This document shows, in pieces, positions 37,392 through 48,105 of a stretch of 64,000 nucleotides of DNA. The notes beneath the pieces were generated by a model, which worked only from the letters and a program-made list of their open reading frames with translations, searched no databases and was not told the DNA's origin. This DNA comes from a virus. Its lineage: Duplodnaviria; Caudoviricetes. How positions within the stretch are numbered: the stretch's first letter is position 1; every line of letters begins with the position of its first letter. The stretch is from IMG/VR virus record IMGVR_UViG_2616644925_000001, positions 28,537-92,536 of that record, one strand, 5' to 3'. Position numbers and translations under genes: made by a program.

Positions 37392-40300
37392 TTATGCGTT
37401 TACGATATCGGCGCGCAGCGCATCGAGATCGTGAGAGGAAGGGATTAGCCATGCGGCCTGTGTGAACTCATTACCGGCGACAGGATCCTCTTCGAAGTTC
37501 CAGAATTTTGCGCCGTACTTCTCTTTGATCAGGTCACGCACCTGCTTACGCTTCAGTACCGGCTTATCGCTGGTATCCATCAGGACATAAGCGCCACCTG
37601 CTGGGAAGTCGATTTTAAAGGTACGGTTTCGCCACTTACGCGAAGCAACCAGCTCCAGCTCGTTTTTCATGACCTGGAAGCCATCGGACTGCTTCTGTAC
37701 CTGAATGGTGCGTACTGTCGTTGCCGCGGCCGCTGCGAGTCTGCTGGCCTCTTCACGGCGGGCCTTCACAACGTCTGGCGACAGCTTGCCGGTTATCAGC
37801 GCTTTGTAGTCATCCCACGTCATCGCGTACTCCCGGTATTCGCCCTTCTCCATCCGCTCCAGCCACGCATAAACCATCGTCAGCTGCTGCTTGATAGCGT
37901 TGGATGATGCGAATGTTTCCGCACTAATTCCGGCATCATCGAGCGCGCCCAGTGTTGCGCCGGCGCGTAGATAAATTGCAGCCGGTGACTCTGTAACGGT
38001 CGCAGCCCGGTCAACGTCACTGAAAGCGTCAAACTTCGACTTTACAAGCAGCACAGCAATACCGGCCTGGCTGTCGCTCTCGCTCATCTGGCGGAATTGC
38101 TGCAGCGCGGCGGCGGCATACTGCTCTGTCAGTGATCTGACAGCCTGTACCTTGCCGTCTGCCATCTCGTTACGCAGCTGATCGAACATACCTTCGTACT
38201 CATGACGGTTAGAGAAGCCCTCCATGCCGTTACGGAACTGGCGAAGACTGATAACGTTGCTCCAGTAGTAACGGTCCTGCGCCGAACCCAGGAAGGCGGC
38301 ATGTGCCTCTTCATCATTCGCGCCGGTCACTGTCCGCTTTTTAGAGTCGTTCGCTTCGAAGTCGGCCACCAGCCGTTTGAAGACTTTAACCACGTCCGCC
38401 ATGCCCGCCTGCTTCCCGTAAGCCTGCAATGCGGTATCGTAATTACGGCCAAACATTGCCTTAAAGAAGCCCTGCGCGCTGTAGATGTTGTTATCGACGC
38501 TGTACTGGTAAAGCTCACGCTTCAGCTGTTCGTCGCTATGGTCAGGGTACAGCCACATTTCTGCCGATCGTTCTTCGCTGGAGCTGATCGCGCCGCCGCC
38601 CAGGTAAGCCAGTTTCAGCCTGCCATCATTGTCGCGGTACAGCCACCCGTCTGTGCGCACGTTCAGGACGCCCGCGTGAATGGCAGCGTAAAAGTCAGCG
38701 CGGCTCAGCGTGTCCACCAGCTCTGCCGGTTCAATGCCCCGTGCAGCCTTCTGAAGTGCTTTAGCCTGGTCAGTGGTGATATCCACGCGATCGCCCACCA
38801 GCGCGGACGGCATTTCTGCAAAACCACCGATGTTCGGCCCGGTATAACTGCGCAGCGGCTTATGGATCAGCTCAACCTCAACCGTATTTTTCTCCGGGAA
38901 GAATTTACGGATCTGGAATACGCCCTTTTCCTGACGGTCATCGTTCATCCAGATTTCATAGCACGCGCCAATCCGTACCAGCTGGCCGTCCGGCAGCTTC
39001 ATGTACTGCTCCGGGGCGCGCAGCACGTCCGGATCGACTTCCAGCGCGCCGGACTTAATTGCACGTTCCACTTCCCCGCGGGAGCGTTTGATAGTGCTGG
39101 CCGCGCTTTTGGAGCGCGTCAGCGCCTTACGTGCGCCGCCCATCTCCTGCTCCAGCTTCTTTTGATTCGCCAGGCCTGCACGCAGTGCAGCACGCGCCGT
39201 TCGACGATCCTGACCGCGCCAGGCATCAGCTGATCGCTTGCCGTCTCTTTCCAGCTCACGGTTATAGGCCGCTTCTGCGTTGGTGACGTCTTCGCGCAGA
39301 CCATCAATCTCGCTGTTAATCGCATCAAAGGCAGCAGACAGCTTGGTAATGTTCTCTTCCAGCACTTCAACTGGCGTGGCAGCCGCAACACTTGCCTTCA
39401 GGTAGATATCCAGCGCGGCAACGGCTTCACGTTCGGCCTGCTGGCGGTCCGCTTCACGCTTCGCTTTCAGCTGTGCATCCACGCGTGCGCGGCGCTCTTC
39501 CGGGTTAGCGGCCAGCAGCAGGCTCTGCTCTTCTTTGGACTCCACATCACCGTTTCTGATGCTGGAAACGTCAGATTTCATGACGTCGTTGATCCAGTTT
39601 TTCTTGCGCTGCAGCGTCTCCAGGCGGAATTCGTCAAATGACCCTTTGCCACAGTAGTAATGCACGCGCATGGTGTCGCGCTCGGAGCCCACGCGGGCGC
39701 CGCGGCCGTTGCGCTGATCGATGCTGGCAGGCGTCCAGGGCAGTGTCAGATGGTGCGTATCGGCGGTGCCTTTGTGCAGGTTAATCCCAACTTCGGCCTT
39801 TTTGTTGCAGATGATGATCGGCGTGCGGCCTTCGTTGTAATCAGCGGCAATGCCTTCCATTCCGGCCAGAGAGGCGTCGCTCAGCGCGGCCTGATAATCC
39901 TCATAGCGCGCAAGATCCTGATAGTACTTATCCCACGCGCCATCTTTGAAACTGCCGTCCGCCTTTTCCACCGGCTCAATCGGTTTCTTGACGGGCTTCA
40001 CCTTCACGCCCGACGCTTTGCTGACTGTCGTCGCGTTGATGATGCCGATCTGCTGCTCAGTCAGGCCCAGGGCGCTGGCGATGATGCGGCGCAGCTTGTT
40101 GTGCTGGGACTTTTCATCCATGAAAATGATCTGTTTACCGTCTGGCAGGCCTGCCTTCAGGTTTTCAATCAGCGCGGCATACTTCGGTGGTACCGGATGC
40201 GAGACGTTTTCCATGCTGATACCGGCAGCGGCGATCGCTTCCAATACCTGCTGCTCCAGCGTATCGCTCACCACCAGCTCCACGACGCCCCCGCGATTCT

Positions 40301-43300
40301 TCAGCGTGGTCTTGACTACCTTGCTGGTGCGCGTGTCGGTTAGGCCGGTTTCCGCGTCCTCAGCGGTCTCTTCATCATCACCGGCAAGCAGCTGGCCACC
40401 AGCCTCACCCGGCAGCGCCCGCGCCACCTGTTTCGCCAGCTCTGTGTCCTCTTCACGGAAGCGGAACGTGATAGCAGAGCGGTACAGGTCCGGATCGATA
40501 ACCACCTTATCCATGTCGCGGATAACAGAGAAAATGAAATCGTCGTCGTTCTGCACAATGGACATAGTACCGTCGCCATTGTCCTGCAGGGATTCCTTCT
40601 GCCCGATACGGCTGGCGCGCTGGCGCAGCTCTTCATAAAGTTCCTTCTGGTCGCGGGTCATCGGCACACCCACGGTTTTCTCGTCGAGGCCTGGGATCTT
40701 CACGCTGTCTTTCACATCAGCAGCAGATTTCAGCGTCGTCCAGCGGTGGAAGATGCCGCGCAGACCGTCCAGGTTTTTGAAGCCCACCAGCCCCTGCTTG
40801 TCCTCCAATTCGCCTGAAATCTTCTGCACAGTTACGGATTCGGTTTCACCGAACACTCGCACAAAGTCATCCGGCGTCAGAATCCCCATCGCCTTCCATT
40901 CATCCAGCGACACGACGTGTGACAGCATGTTAAAGGCGTCAATCGGGGAGTTGACCAGCGGTGTGGCGGTCAGCATAACGACGCCGCGGCCGTTGTACTT
41001 CTTCATCATGTACTGGCTTTTCACGGCCATATCGCGGGCAATCTTGGAGACGGACGGATTAGGCAGGTAGGCCAGCTGGCCCGCTTCACGTCCGGCGCTG
41101 TGCGAGTTGCGATAGTTATGCCCTTCGTCTGCGATCACGCTGTCAAAGTGCATATCCTCAAAGTAAGGGATCTGGCTCTTTTTCTTTGTGCCGGTATCGG
41201 CGGCTTTGTCGCGGAGTTTGTTACGGGACGTGGCGGCGCGGTGCGTGGACTTCATCAGGTCCGTGCGGCCATTCTCAATCTGGTTAAAGACCGCCTGGCT
41301 GGAGTTTTCCTCGATTGTCTCTGGGCGCATCGGGATATCGCCAAACTGCTCTTTGGTCATCACCACGGCGCGATAGTTGGAAACCGGGATCATATTCATG
41401 CGCTCAAGCACGGTTGCGGCCGCGGACTCTTTCACGACATTACGCATCACCGGCTGGCCGTCTTTGTCCAGTTTCGGCTCGTTGTTCTCGTCGCGCTCCT
41501 GGGCCTGCATGATCTGGCCATCTTCGCCGCGCACTTCGTCCAGCCCGACAAACAGGATGTTCTGGAAGGCCTCGGCGCTGTAGAAGCCCTGGGCTTCGTG
41601 ATACCAGTTCTGGAGGACCGCTTTTGGAACAACGTAGACAGTTCGCTTACTGCGCCCCACCTCGTAGTTATAGGCTTCCAGCGCCAGCGCCGTGGTAGTT
41701 TTACCCAGACCTGTGCCAAAGCCCATGATGCCGCGGCCGTCTTCCGACAGGCGCCGGACTTCCGCATTCTGATAGCTCAGAGGAATACGTTTGCCGCTGA
41801 TCTGCTGCAGCTGCAGCGAGGCAGACGAGTGCTCAAACGGAACGTAGCCGTTAAAGGCGTCGTTGTAGTCGCTGACGACGGTTTCCACGTCCGGGTGCGT
41901 GCGCAGCCAGTCGTTGAAATGTGACTCCAGATCGCTGATGCGCTTCAGGTACGCATTGGCATTTACCCCGCGTGGCTTCACGCCATTCAGGTAGTTTTCG
42001 AGCTGATTGTAGTAGCCGTCTTTGTAGCTGGCGCGCTTGAACTCGGTCACGCCGCCTTTGCTGGTGACAGAGCGAACCTGGTAGCCAGAGAAAACGCCGT
42101 CTTTGCCTGCGTAATTGTCTTCTGCGGTCAGATAACCGTTGTCGTTTTCCAGGTCCTGCGTGTATTTGAAGTCATCAAAGCCCTGCTCGATCAGAAACTC
42201 TTTGATCAGGCGGCGGTCCAGCCAGCGGGCATTGAGGTTAACCGTAATGTCTTCGATCGGCGTGTGATTGCGCTTCTCGTTAATGGCTTCCAGCTGGCGG
42301 ACATAGTTCGCCTTTACCGGGCCATCCGGCGCGTCGTCAATCAGCCCCGCCAGGCGGGTGACTTTGCCGCGCACGTTCCCGCTGGTGGCGCGGGCCAGCG
42401 GCATGATGTTGCCGTTGCCATCGAGGGCGATCTCCGGGAAGGTCGCCAGGTGCGCCAGCAGCGCGTCGTCATCCTCCGGCAACTGGCCGGTAAACGCGGT
42501 GCGGAAGGCGGCCAGCGCAACCGGAACCATATCAACGTCGCTGAAAAGATGTGATACCACCTGTTCCGGGTTGGTGAAATCAACTGCCACAGCCTCGCTA
42601 CGGTCGATGGTGCCGTTCAGCAGCGCCGACAGATCGCCTTCACGGCTGACGTTGGCCTGAAAACTCAGCCAGCCCTTTGCGCTGGCGTCAGACAGCCCCA
42701 CCAGCTTCAGGCCTTTCGGCGTGCCGTACTGGCCCACCTCTTCGCTCACAAGGCGGGCAGCGTCGGCAATGATGCCGCTGGCGTCGCCGCCCAGCATCTG
42801 TGTATTCAGCGCGTCATTGATGCGCAGACCGATAATCGAGGCACGCATAACGCGCCAGCGGTGGCCGGGCTTTTGCTGCATGGCGAAACGGATCGCGGCG
42901 TGAATGCGATCGTCAAACAGCTGCGGGTATTCCACGCTGGCGGCATACAGGGCGCGGCTGTCCAGCGACAGCATGCCGTTGATGGTGCGCGTTTTTGTCT
43001 GCAGGTCGCCAAACGTCGCCGCGCCGAACCGCTCCGCGTCGATCCCGCTCGATGCGGTGGTGGCGTCTTTGATAAAACGAGTGCCGTCATAGGTGTGCCA
43101 GACGCCAGCCATGAGGCGCTTATCACCTTCAACCGGCGACTGCCAGACGGCGGCAGGCGTACCCAGCCGATCCCAGTCGATACGGCTATCAAAGCGGCGC
43201 GACAGCGCGGCCTTCATTGCCGCATTGGTCAGCTGGCCATCTTTCTTCACCACCAGGATGTTATTGAAGTCAGATCGCTCGGTTTCACCGTGAACAAAGC

Positions 43301-44264
43301 GACGGCCTTCGGTTTCGAACCACTTGCCCCGGATGAACGTTGGCCATAGCACGCTTGCCGCCTCAAGCGACTGTTCATCGCTATCATGCACCAGCTGCGT
43401 CAGCGCTTCGGTATGCTTTCGCAGTACCCACACATCCACCACCGTTGCGGTACCGCTTTCGGCAAACGTGCCGGACGGCATGCGGTGCGCGCCCAGGAAC
43501 TCCGCCACACGGGAAACGCGATCGCGCAGCTTTTTGTTGTTGCCGCCGCCGTCGATCATGCCGTTCGGCACCACCAGCACCACCAGCCCGCCATACTTCA
43601 CCTTGTCGATGGTGCGCATCACAAAGTAGTGGCCGACGTTGGTTTCATCGCGGTAAGCGGGGTCGAGCTCGGCAAAGCCAGTGCGCGAGTCGCCAAACGG
43701 CACATTGCCTACAGCATGGTCATAACTGTTATCCGGCACGGCTGCCGCCAGCATCTCAAACGCACCTAGGCGAACATCGTCCTCCGGGTGCAGCAGCTGG
43801 TTAATGCGTCCGGACGTGTCCGAAATCTCCGCCGACGTCATCATGGCGCCAGCCGGTTTTGTCTCCTGAAAAACGCCAGTACCAGCTGATGGCTCCAGCA
43901 TGTGACCGCTGGTGATGCCGTAATCGGAAAACAGATCCCAGATACCCTCGGCCATAAACGGCGGCGTGTAGTACTCATACTGACTGCCGCCGCTGCCCTC
44001 AAGACCGCCCTCACCACTGTAGCCCGCAAGCACCCGGCGCTGATCGTCGGTCAATTTATTGCCGTCGAAGCCCTGGGGCAGTGAGTTAAGCAGCGCGATC
44101 GCATTGTCGTTTGCACTCCGGCGCTCACGCTGCAGGCTCACGCCCTCCCGCTTGGTCACGCCAAACGCTACTACGGTCCGCTGTTTGTGCAGGCGCATGA
44201 CCAGGCGGATAAGTTCCTCAACCGATCCCGCCTGCTGCACCGCCCTGTTTGCTGGATTTTCCAC
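37392..44264 (-). CDS. darB: DarB antirestriction protein (methyltransferase + SNF2 helicase)
   Basis: 2290 aa; LEPSAGTG, NVPF; GTGLGKT, DEGH, TATP, QRNGRGAR. Confidence 0.93.
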   Translation of the reverse strand: MENPANRAVQQAGSVEELIRLVMRLHKQRTVVAFGVTKREGVSLQRERRSANDNAIALLNSLPQGFDGNKLTDDQRRVLAGYSGEGGLEGSGGSQYEYYTPPFMAEGIWDLFSDYGITSGHMLEPSAGTGVFQETKPAGAMMTSAEISDTSGRINQLLHPEDDVRLGAFEMLAAAVPDNSYDHAVGNVPFGDSRTGFAELDPAYRDETNVGHYFVMRTIDKVKYGGLVVLVVPNGMIDGGGNNKKLRDRVSRVAEFLGAHRMPSGTFAESGTATVVDVWVLRKHTEALTQLVHDSDEQSLEAASVLWPTFIRGKWFETEGRRFVHGETERSDFNNILVVKKDGQLTNAAMKAALSRRFDSRIDWDRLGTPAAVWQSPVEGDKRLMAGVWHTYDGTRFIKDATTASSGIDAERFGAATFGDLQTKTRTINGMLSLDSRALYAASVEYPQLFDDRIHAAIRFAMQQKPGHRWRVMRASIIGLRINDALNTQMLGGDASGIIADAARLVSEEVGQYGTPKGLKLVGLSDASAKGWLSFQANVSREGDLSALLNGTIDRSEAVAVDFTNPEQVVSHLFSDVDMVPVALAAFRTAFTGQLPEDDDALLAHLATFPEIALDGNGNIMPLARATSGNVRGKVTRLAGLIDDAPDGPVKANYVRQLEAINEKRNHTPIEDITVNLNARWLDRRLIKEFLIEQGFDDFKYTQDLENDNGYLTAEDNYAGKDGVFSGYQVRSVTSKGGVTEFKRASYKDGYYNQLENYLNGVKPRGVNANAYLKRISDLESHFNDWLRTHPDVETVVSDYNDAFNGYVPFEHSSASLQLQQISGKRIPLSYQNAEVRRLSEDGRGIMGFGTGLGKTTTALALEAYNYEVGRSKRTVYVVPKAVLQNWYHEAQGFYSAEAFQNILFVGLDEVRGEDGQIMQAQERDENNEPKLDKDGQPVMRNVVKESAAATVLERMNMIPVSNYRAVVMTKEQFGDIPMRPETIEENSSQAVFNQIENGRTDLMKSTHRAATSRNKLRDKAADTGTKKKSQIPYFEDMHFDSVIADEGHNYRNSHSAGREAGQLAYLPNPSVSKIARDMAVKSQYMMKKYNGRGVVMLTATPLVNSPIDAFNMLSHVVSLDEWKAMGILTPDDFVRVFGETESVTVQKISGELEDKQGLVGFKNLDGLRGIFHRWTTLKSAADVKDSVKIPGLDEKTVGVPMTRDQKELYEELRQRASRIGQKESLQDNGDGTMSIVQNDDDFIFSVIRDMDKVVIDPDLYRSAITFRFREEDTELAKQVARALPGEAGGQLLAGDDEETAEDAETGLTDTRTSKVVKTTLKNRGGVVELVVSDTLEQQVLEAIAAAGISMENVSHPVPPKYAALIENLKAGLPDGKQIIFMDEKSQHNKLRRIIASALGLTEQQIGIINATTVSKASGVKVKPVKKPIEPVEKADGSFKDGAWDKYYQDLARYEDYQAALSDASLAGMEGIAADYNEGRTPIIICNKKAEVGINLHKGTADTHHLTLPWTPASIDQRNGRGARVGSERDTMRVHYYCGKGSFDEFRLETLQRKKNWINDVMKSDVSSIRNGDVESKEEQSLLLAANPEERRARVDAQLKAKREADRQQAEREAVAALDIYLKASVAAATPVEVLEENITKLSAAFDAINSEIDGLREDVTNAEAAYNRELERDGKRSADAWRGQDRRTARAALRAGLANQKKLEQEMGGARKALTRSKSAASTIKRSRGEVERAIKSGALEVDPDVLRAPEQYMKLPDGQLVRIGACYEIWMNDDRQEKGVFQIRKFFPEKNTVEVELIHKPLRSYTGPNIGGFAEMPSALVGDRVDITTDQAKALQKAARGIEPAELVDTLSRADFYAAIHAGVLNVRTDGWLYRDNDGRLKLAYLGGGAISSSEERSAEMWLYPDHSDEQLKRELYQYSVDNNIYSAQGFFKAMFGRNYDTALQAYGKQAGMADVVKVFKRLVADFEANDSKKRTVTGANDEEAHAAFLGSAQDRYYWSNVISLRQFRNGMEGFSNRHEYEGMFDQLRNEMADGKVQAVRSLTEQYAAAALQQFRQMSESDSQAGIAVLLVKSKFDAFSDVDRAATVTESPAAIYLRAGATLGALDDAGISAETFASSNAIKQQLTMVYAWLERMEKGEYREYAMTWDDYKALITGKLSPDVVKARREEASRLAAAAATTVRTIQVQKQSDGFQVMKNELELVASRKWRNRTFKIDFPAGGAYVLMDTSDKPVLKRKQVRDLIKEKYGAKFWNFEEDPVAGNEFTQAAWLIPSSHDLDALRADIVNA

Positions 44265-44343
44265 TGTGTAACTTTCCCTCAGATTGCATAAAGCGAATAT
44301 GATTTATTGGATTCTAAAGGTTTATTAAATAAGGCGTATAAAT

Positions 44344-46044
44344 TTGACTAATAAAAATAAGGCTTTGTCCGTTTTAAGCGCATTGAGGCAGGCATTCCGG
44401 GGAGCGACGACACAGGCACCACAGAGCCTTGCCTGGACCAACGGACAGAATGTGGTCGTCTCACGCTCCGGGCTGGCGGCGATGGCCTACAACGAGGGAA
44501 AGGCGGGGGAAATGACTTCCGCTGGTGATAGTCTTTACCTGGGCGCGGAGCTGCCGCTGGACAGGCTGCAGCGCTATGCAATTCTGGAGGAAATGGCGAA
44601 TAGTCCGACGTGCTCAGCCGCGCTGAATATTCACATCGGCCACGCACTCTCGCCGGATAAAAAAACCGGGCTTGCATTCGCTATCGTGCCGGTCGATCCG
44701 TCCGACGAAGAAGGCGCGGCGCGGGCGAAAGAGCTGCAGGACGATCTGGGCGCGATGATTAACCGGCACCTGCCGTCGCTGGCCATGACGATGGCCATTT
44801 TCGGCGTCTCCTACGTGCGCCCTTATGCCCGGACCGGGAAAGGGATCACCAGCCTGGAAAACAGCTATTATTCGTTGCCCTACTTCATTCAGGAGTTTTA
44901 CAAAGGCGATCAGCTGGTGGGATTCGGCGGTGACTACGTGCTGGCACCCGATACCCACACCCGCACACTATCAACCCCGTGGTCTCTGGTTTCGATGAAA
45001 AATCCGTACTGGACCCCGACACGCAACGTTCAGCCCGTGACGTCCGGCAATCGTGGTTACTCTCTGCTATCAGAGGAAGAGGACAAGGAGGTTGCGGAGA
45101 CACAGAACTACGGCACCAGCTTCCTGGCGCATGCCTATGAGCCTTTCCTGAATCTGGTCGGCGCGCTGAATGCGCTGAAGGCAACACGCTACAACGCCGC
45201 CAAAATTGACCGCCTTATTGCCCTGACAACCAACTCACTCGATCCGGTGGTCGGTGCGAACTACACCCGCACTGTGTCGCAGACGCTCAAGCGCCACGGC
45301 GAAGCACTCCAGAAAAAAGCGGTTAACGGCAACACAATGCCAACCGTTATGAACCATGTGATCCCGGTGATGGGAGAAGGTAAAAACGGCATTACGATCG
45401 ATACGCAGTCGATACCCGCGGACATTACCGGCATTGAGGACGTGATGTTTCACCTGCGCCAGCTGTGCGCTGCGCTCGGTATCGACTCGACTATGCTGGG
45501 CTGGGCCGATCAGATGGCGGGCGGGCTGGGTGAAGGCGGCTGGATTCAGACGGCTATACAGGCGGCACTCCGGGCGCAGTGGCTGCGACAGGGCGCGCAG
45601 GAAATGATTTACCGGCTGATCGATATTCACCTGGCATTCAAATACGGCAAAGTTTACCCGGTTAAGGATCGGCCCTATGTAGTTCAGTTCAACTCAATGA
45701 ACACCGCCATTCAGGAAGAAGAAAACCGGGAATTGGACGCCCGCGCCAACTTCATTACCCTGATGGTGCAGGTCATGGACGCGCTGCAGGCTAACAACAA
45801 GCTGGCGGAGAACGACACGTTCATGCGCTACCTGTTCAGCGATCAGCTGAAAATGGACGGCGGCACGCTCGACAAAATGCTGGCGGAGTTTGAGAAGAGC
45901 AGGAAGAAGGCGGACGCGCAGGATGAGGAAGGCGGTAATGGCAGCATGATGAATGAATCAGCGCCTGGCGGTTCGGATCCGGAAAGCTGGACGCATGACG
46001 AGCTGGTGGCATTTGCCCGTTATGTGACAACACCCGACAACTGA
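44344..46044 (+). CDS. prt: Portal protein Prt
   Basis: LP.DRLQRY.ILEEMA, GVSYVRPY, GGLGEGG; divergent from darB as in P1. Confidence 0.85.
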   Translation: MTNKNKALSVLSALRQAFRGATTQAPQSLAWTNGQNVVVSRSGLAAMAYNEGKAGEMTSAGDSLYLGAELPLDRLQRYAILEEMANSPTCSAALNIHIGHALSPDKKTGLAFAIVPVDPSDEEGAARAKELQDDLGAMINRHLPSLAMTMAIFGVSYVRPYARTGKGITSLENSYYSLPYFIQEFYKGDQLVGFGGDYVLAPDTHTRTLSTPWSLVSMKNPYWTPTRNVQPVTSGNRGYSLLSEEEDKEVAETQNYGTSFLAHAYEPFLNLVGALNALKATRYNAAKIDRLIALTTNSLDPVVGANYTRTVSQTLKRHGEALQKKAVNGNTMPTVMNHVIPVMGEGKNGITIDTQSIPADITGIEDVMFHLRQLCAALGIDSTMLGWADQMAGGLGEGGWIQTAIQAALRAQWLRQGAQEMIYRLIDIHLAFKYGKVYPVKDRPYVVQFNSMNTAIQEEENRELDARANFITLMVQVMDALQANNKLAENDTFMRYLFSDQLKMDGGTLDKMLAEFEKSRKKADAQDEEGGNGSMMNESAPGGSDPESWTHDELVAFARYVTTPDN

Positions 46045-46181
46045 CCAGCGTTTAAAAAAACCGCACATCCAGGGGATGTGCGGTTGATAAACGCCTTATC
46101 AATGCGATACAGAAGGATGTGAAATAAGAGTGATATTTAGCCGTCCTGTAAATCAATAACCCAGAGAGACTGACAGGCAGC

Positions 46182-46484
46182 TTATTTTTTCTGCGGCTTT
46201 CGGGCGGTGTTTAATAAAACAGACGCATCAGATTCAGCTGCATTTATCTCAGGAAGTGCCGCGCAGTATGGACACGGCATCACCCCTTTGTAACTTCGTT
46301 TTGCCACGCTCAGTGCCTGTAACAGTGAATAACAGCTGCCAATAAATGTCCTGCCTTCCTTAGCGGGTAGCCGGGGACAGTCAATCCGGTGCAGCAGTAA
46401 CCCGCTGTTACCGTGGTCACTGACGTAGAACTTTATGGCGCTGTACATGCCATATCCTTTTGCTGCGTGTAATGGAAGTACCAT
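46182..46484 (-). CDS. Small Zn-binding protein (HxxxC...CxxC), paralogue A
   Basis: LHRIDCPRLP...FIG...CPYC; likely start at MYSAIK. Confidence 0.65.
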   Translation of the reverse strand: MVLPLHAAKGYGMYSAIKFYVSDHGNSGLLLHRIDCPRLPAKEGRTFIGSCYSLLQALSVAKRSYKGVMPCPYCAALPEINAAESDASVLLNTARKPQKK

Positions 46485-47039
46485 TCGGAATTGTTGCTAT
46501 TCGTAATTATCCATAATCCGTGATAGCCGCAGTCGTGTCTATGTAAAATTTATATATCGAACTTTTTCACATTAGCTCGTCTGCGTTAACAAAATTTAGC
46601 ACTCTAGTTTTAATTTTAAAACATTTTTTAGTGAACTCTATATTTATCCTGTCCTAATCACCATTCGCATTGTTTACAATGTAATCACTTAGTGGCATGT
46701 AAATCCCTGAATTTCAATCTTTACATCGGAAAATCTTAGCCAATTCAGTATATCTAATGAGAATTATGCTAGGCTAAAAAAGCCATGTAAAAATGAATTT
46801 TACTGCATTGCATTTTATCGCCCTACCTAAACTCATTAAATAAAACAAGAGGTAATTTTACCCTGATCATTAAAATTATTGCTTCCTGTTTAGTTAACAC
46901 CAAAAATTATTATTAAGGGTTATTATGTTAATGCTTAATAACATCTTAATTGCAGGCAAAAAAAACCGCACTTGAGTAAGCCTTCGTGCGGTTACAGACA
47001 GCCACTTTTCAGAAAGCTGCTTTGCGATATTGGATGCAG

Positions 47040-47504
47040 CTAATTAGGCCAGTCATAAACAAAATGTTGTACAGCAACAGCCTCAACACCTTTTTTAATT
47101 TTCACAACCTGCTGCGGACCGGCCTGCTCCCGCGCAATTGCCTGTTTCATCAGTGGAGCAGCAGGCTTAACAGGCTGGCATGCCTGCGTCGCTATCGCCT
47201 TCTTTGCTTTGGGCGCAGGCCTCTTTTTAGGTTTCTGACTGAGATTAAGCAGTCGCTCCTTGCGGGAGTCTTTTTCTTCAGGATTCTGGATTTTTAAACA
47301 TTCTGGGCATCGCTCAGAATTACTGTGATGGCCCAGTGCCACAGTCATTGCCTGTTGCGGGGTGTAGAGCGTGCCGATAAATATCCGGCTTTCAGGCGTT
47401 TTTGGGAGAAGTTTACAGCCTTCACGGTGCATCAGAATACCGCTTTCATGGTGAAAGCAGACATAGTATTTCTTAGCCTCTAACATGCTAATTCCTTTAT
47501 GCAA
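47040..47504 (-). CDS. Small Zn-binding protein, paralogue B with basic tail
   Basis: MHREGCKLLP...FIG...CPEC; likely start at MLEAKK after AAGGA. Confidence 0.65.
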   Translation of the reverse strand: MHKGISMLEAKKYYVCFHHESGILMHREGCKLLPKTPESRIFIGTLYTPQQAMTVALGHHSNSERCPECLKIQNPEEKDSRKERLLNLSQKPKKRPAPKAKKAIATQACQPVKPAAPLMKQAIAREQAGPQQVVKIKKGVEAVAVQHFVYDWPN

Positions 47505-47568
47505 TATTGATCCTGTTTAAACAGGAGAAAGATAATGATATTGATTATTATTATTGGTAGTTGGTCTG

Positions 47569-47589
47569 CGGGTATGGAGCCTGTAAATT
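47569..47589 (-). promoter_or_regulatory. Putative late promoter
   Basis: AATTTACAGGCTCCATACCCG. Confidence 0.55.
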
Positions 47590-47714
47590 CAGCCTGGCAC
47601 TAAATTTTACGTACCCGAATGAGAATCCGAGGCGTACAGAGTTAATCAAAGTAAATTAACGGACGCAACCTGAACCGGACCTGATATCTCAGCCATAAGC
47701 AAAATCATGACGCT

Positions 47715-47972
47715 TCAGTGTAGCAGCGAAATAACTCTCCAGTCAGCTGAAATAATGTCGTCAGGAGTAGGATCATAAAAAGACAGTACGCCTGACTCGC
47801 TCATGACAATAAACTGCCTCTGACTGTCAGCGTCTGTTTCAGTGAATACATGAACAGGTGTATCGCCCCATTTGGTACGACGACAGATATTACTGTCCGT
47901 CTGGCTGATAGCTGTCATGGCGTGGTTGAAACCTGTTTCCGCCTGGGGTGGCGTGTCGGGGATATCAGACAT
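47715..47972 (-). CDS. DUF2829/Tad2-like small protein
   Basis: FNHAM.AI...CRRTKW...YDPTPDDIISADWRV; GGAG RBS. Confidence 0.65.
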   Translation of the reverse strand: MSDIPDTPPQAETGFNHAMTAISQTDSNICRRTKWGDTPVHVFTETDADSQRQFIVMSESGVLSFYDPTPDDIISADWRVISLLH

Positions 47973-48023
47973 GAAATGCTCCCTGTGCTTTGAGACGCGT
48001 CACAACGGGAGGTTCCAATCTCC

Positions 48024-48105
48024 GGGTGGTGACGTTGACAGGGTTGGAACTACCGGTGCACAAGAAAACCGGCCTACCCGAAGGTAGCCCCACCAACGCC
48101 ACCAT
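48024..48105 (-). ncRNA. c4: C4-type antisense RNA
   Basis: Cloverleaf TGGTGGCGTTGGTGGGG/CCCTGTCAACGTCACCA, CTACC-TTCG-GGTAG, single-stranded TTCTTGTGC and GTTCCAA; matching targets upstream (48159-48183) and downstream (47980-48018). Confidence 0.85.

Noticed and set aside
38129-44271. Many overlapping/antisense ORFs within darB and other large genes
   Set aside because: Shadow ORFs of GC-rich coding sequence
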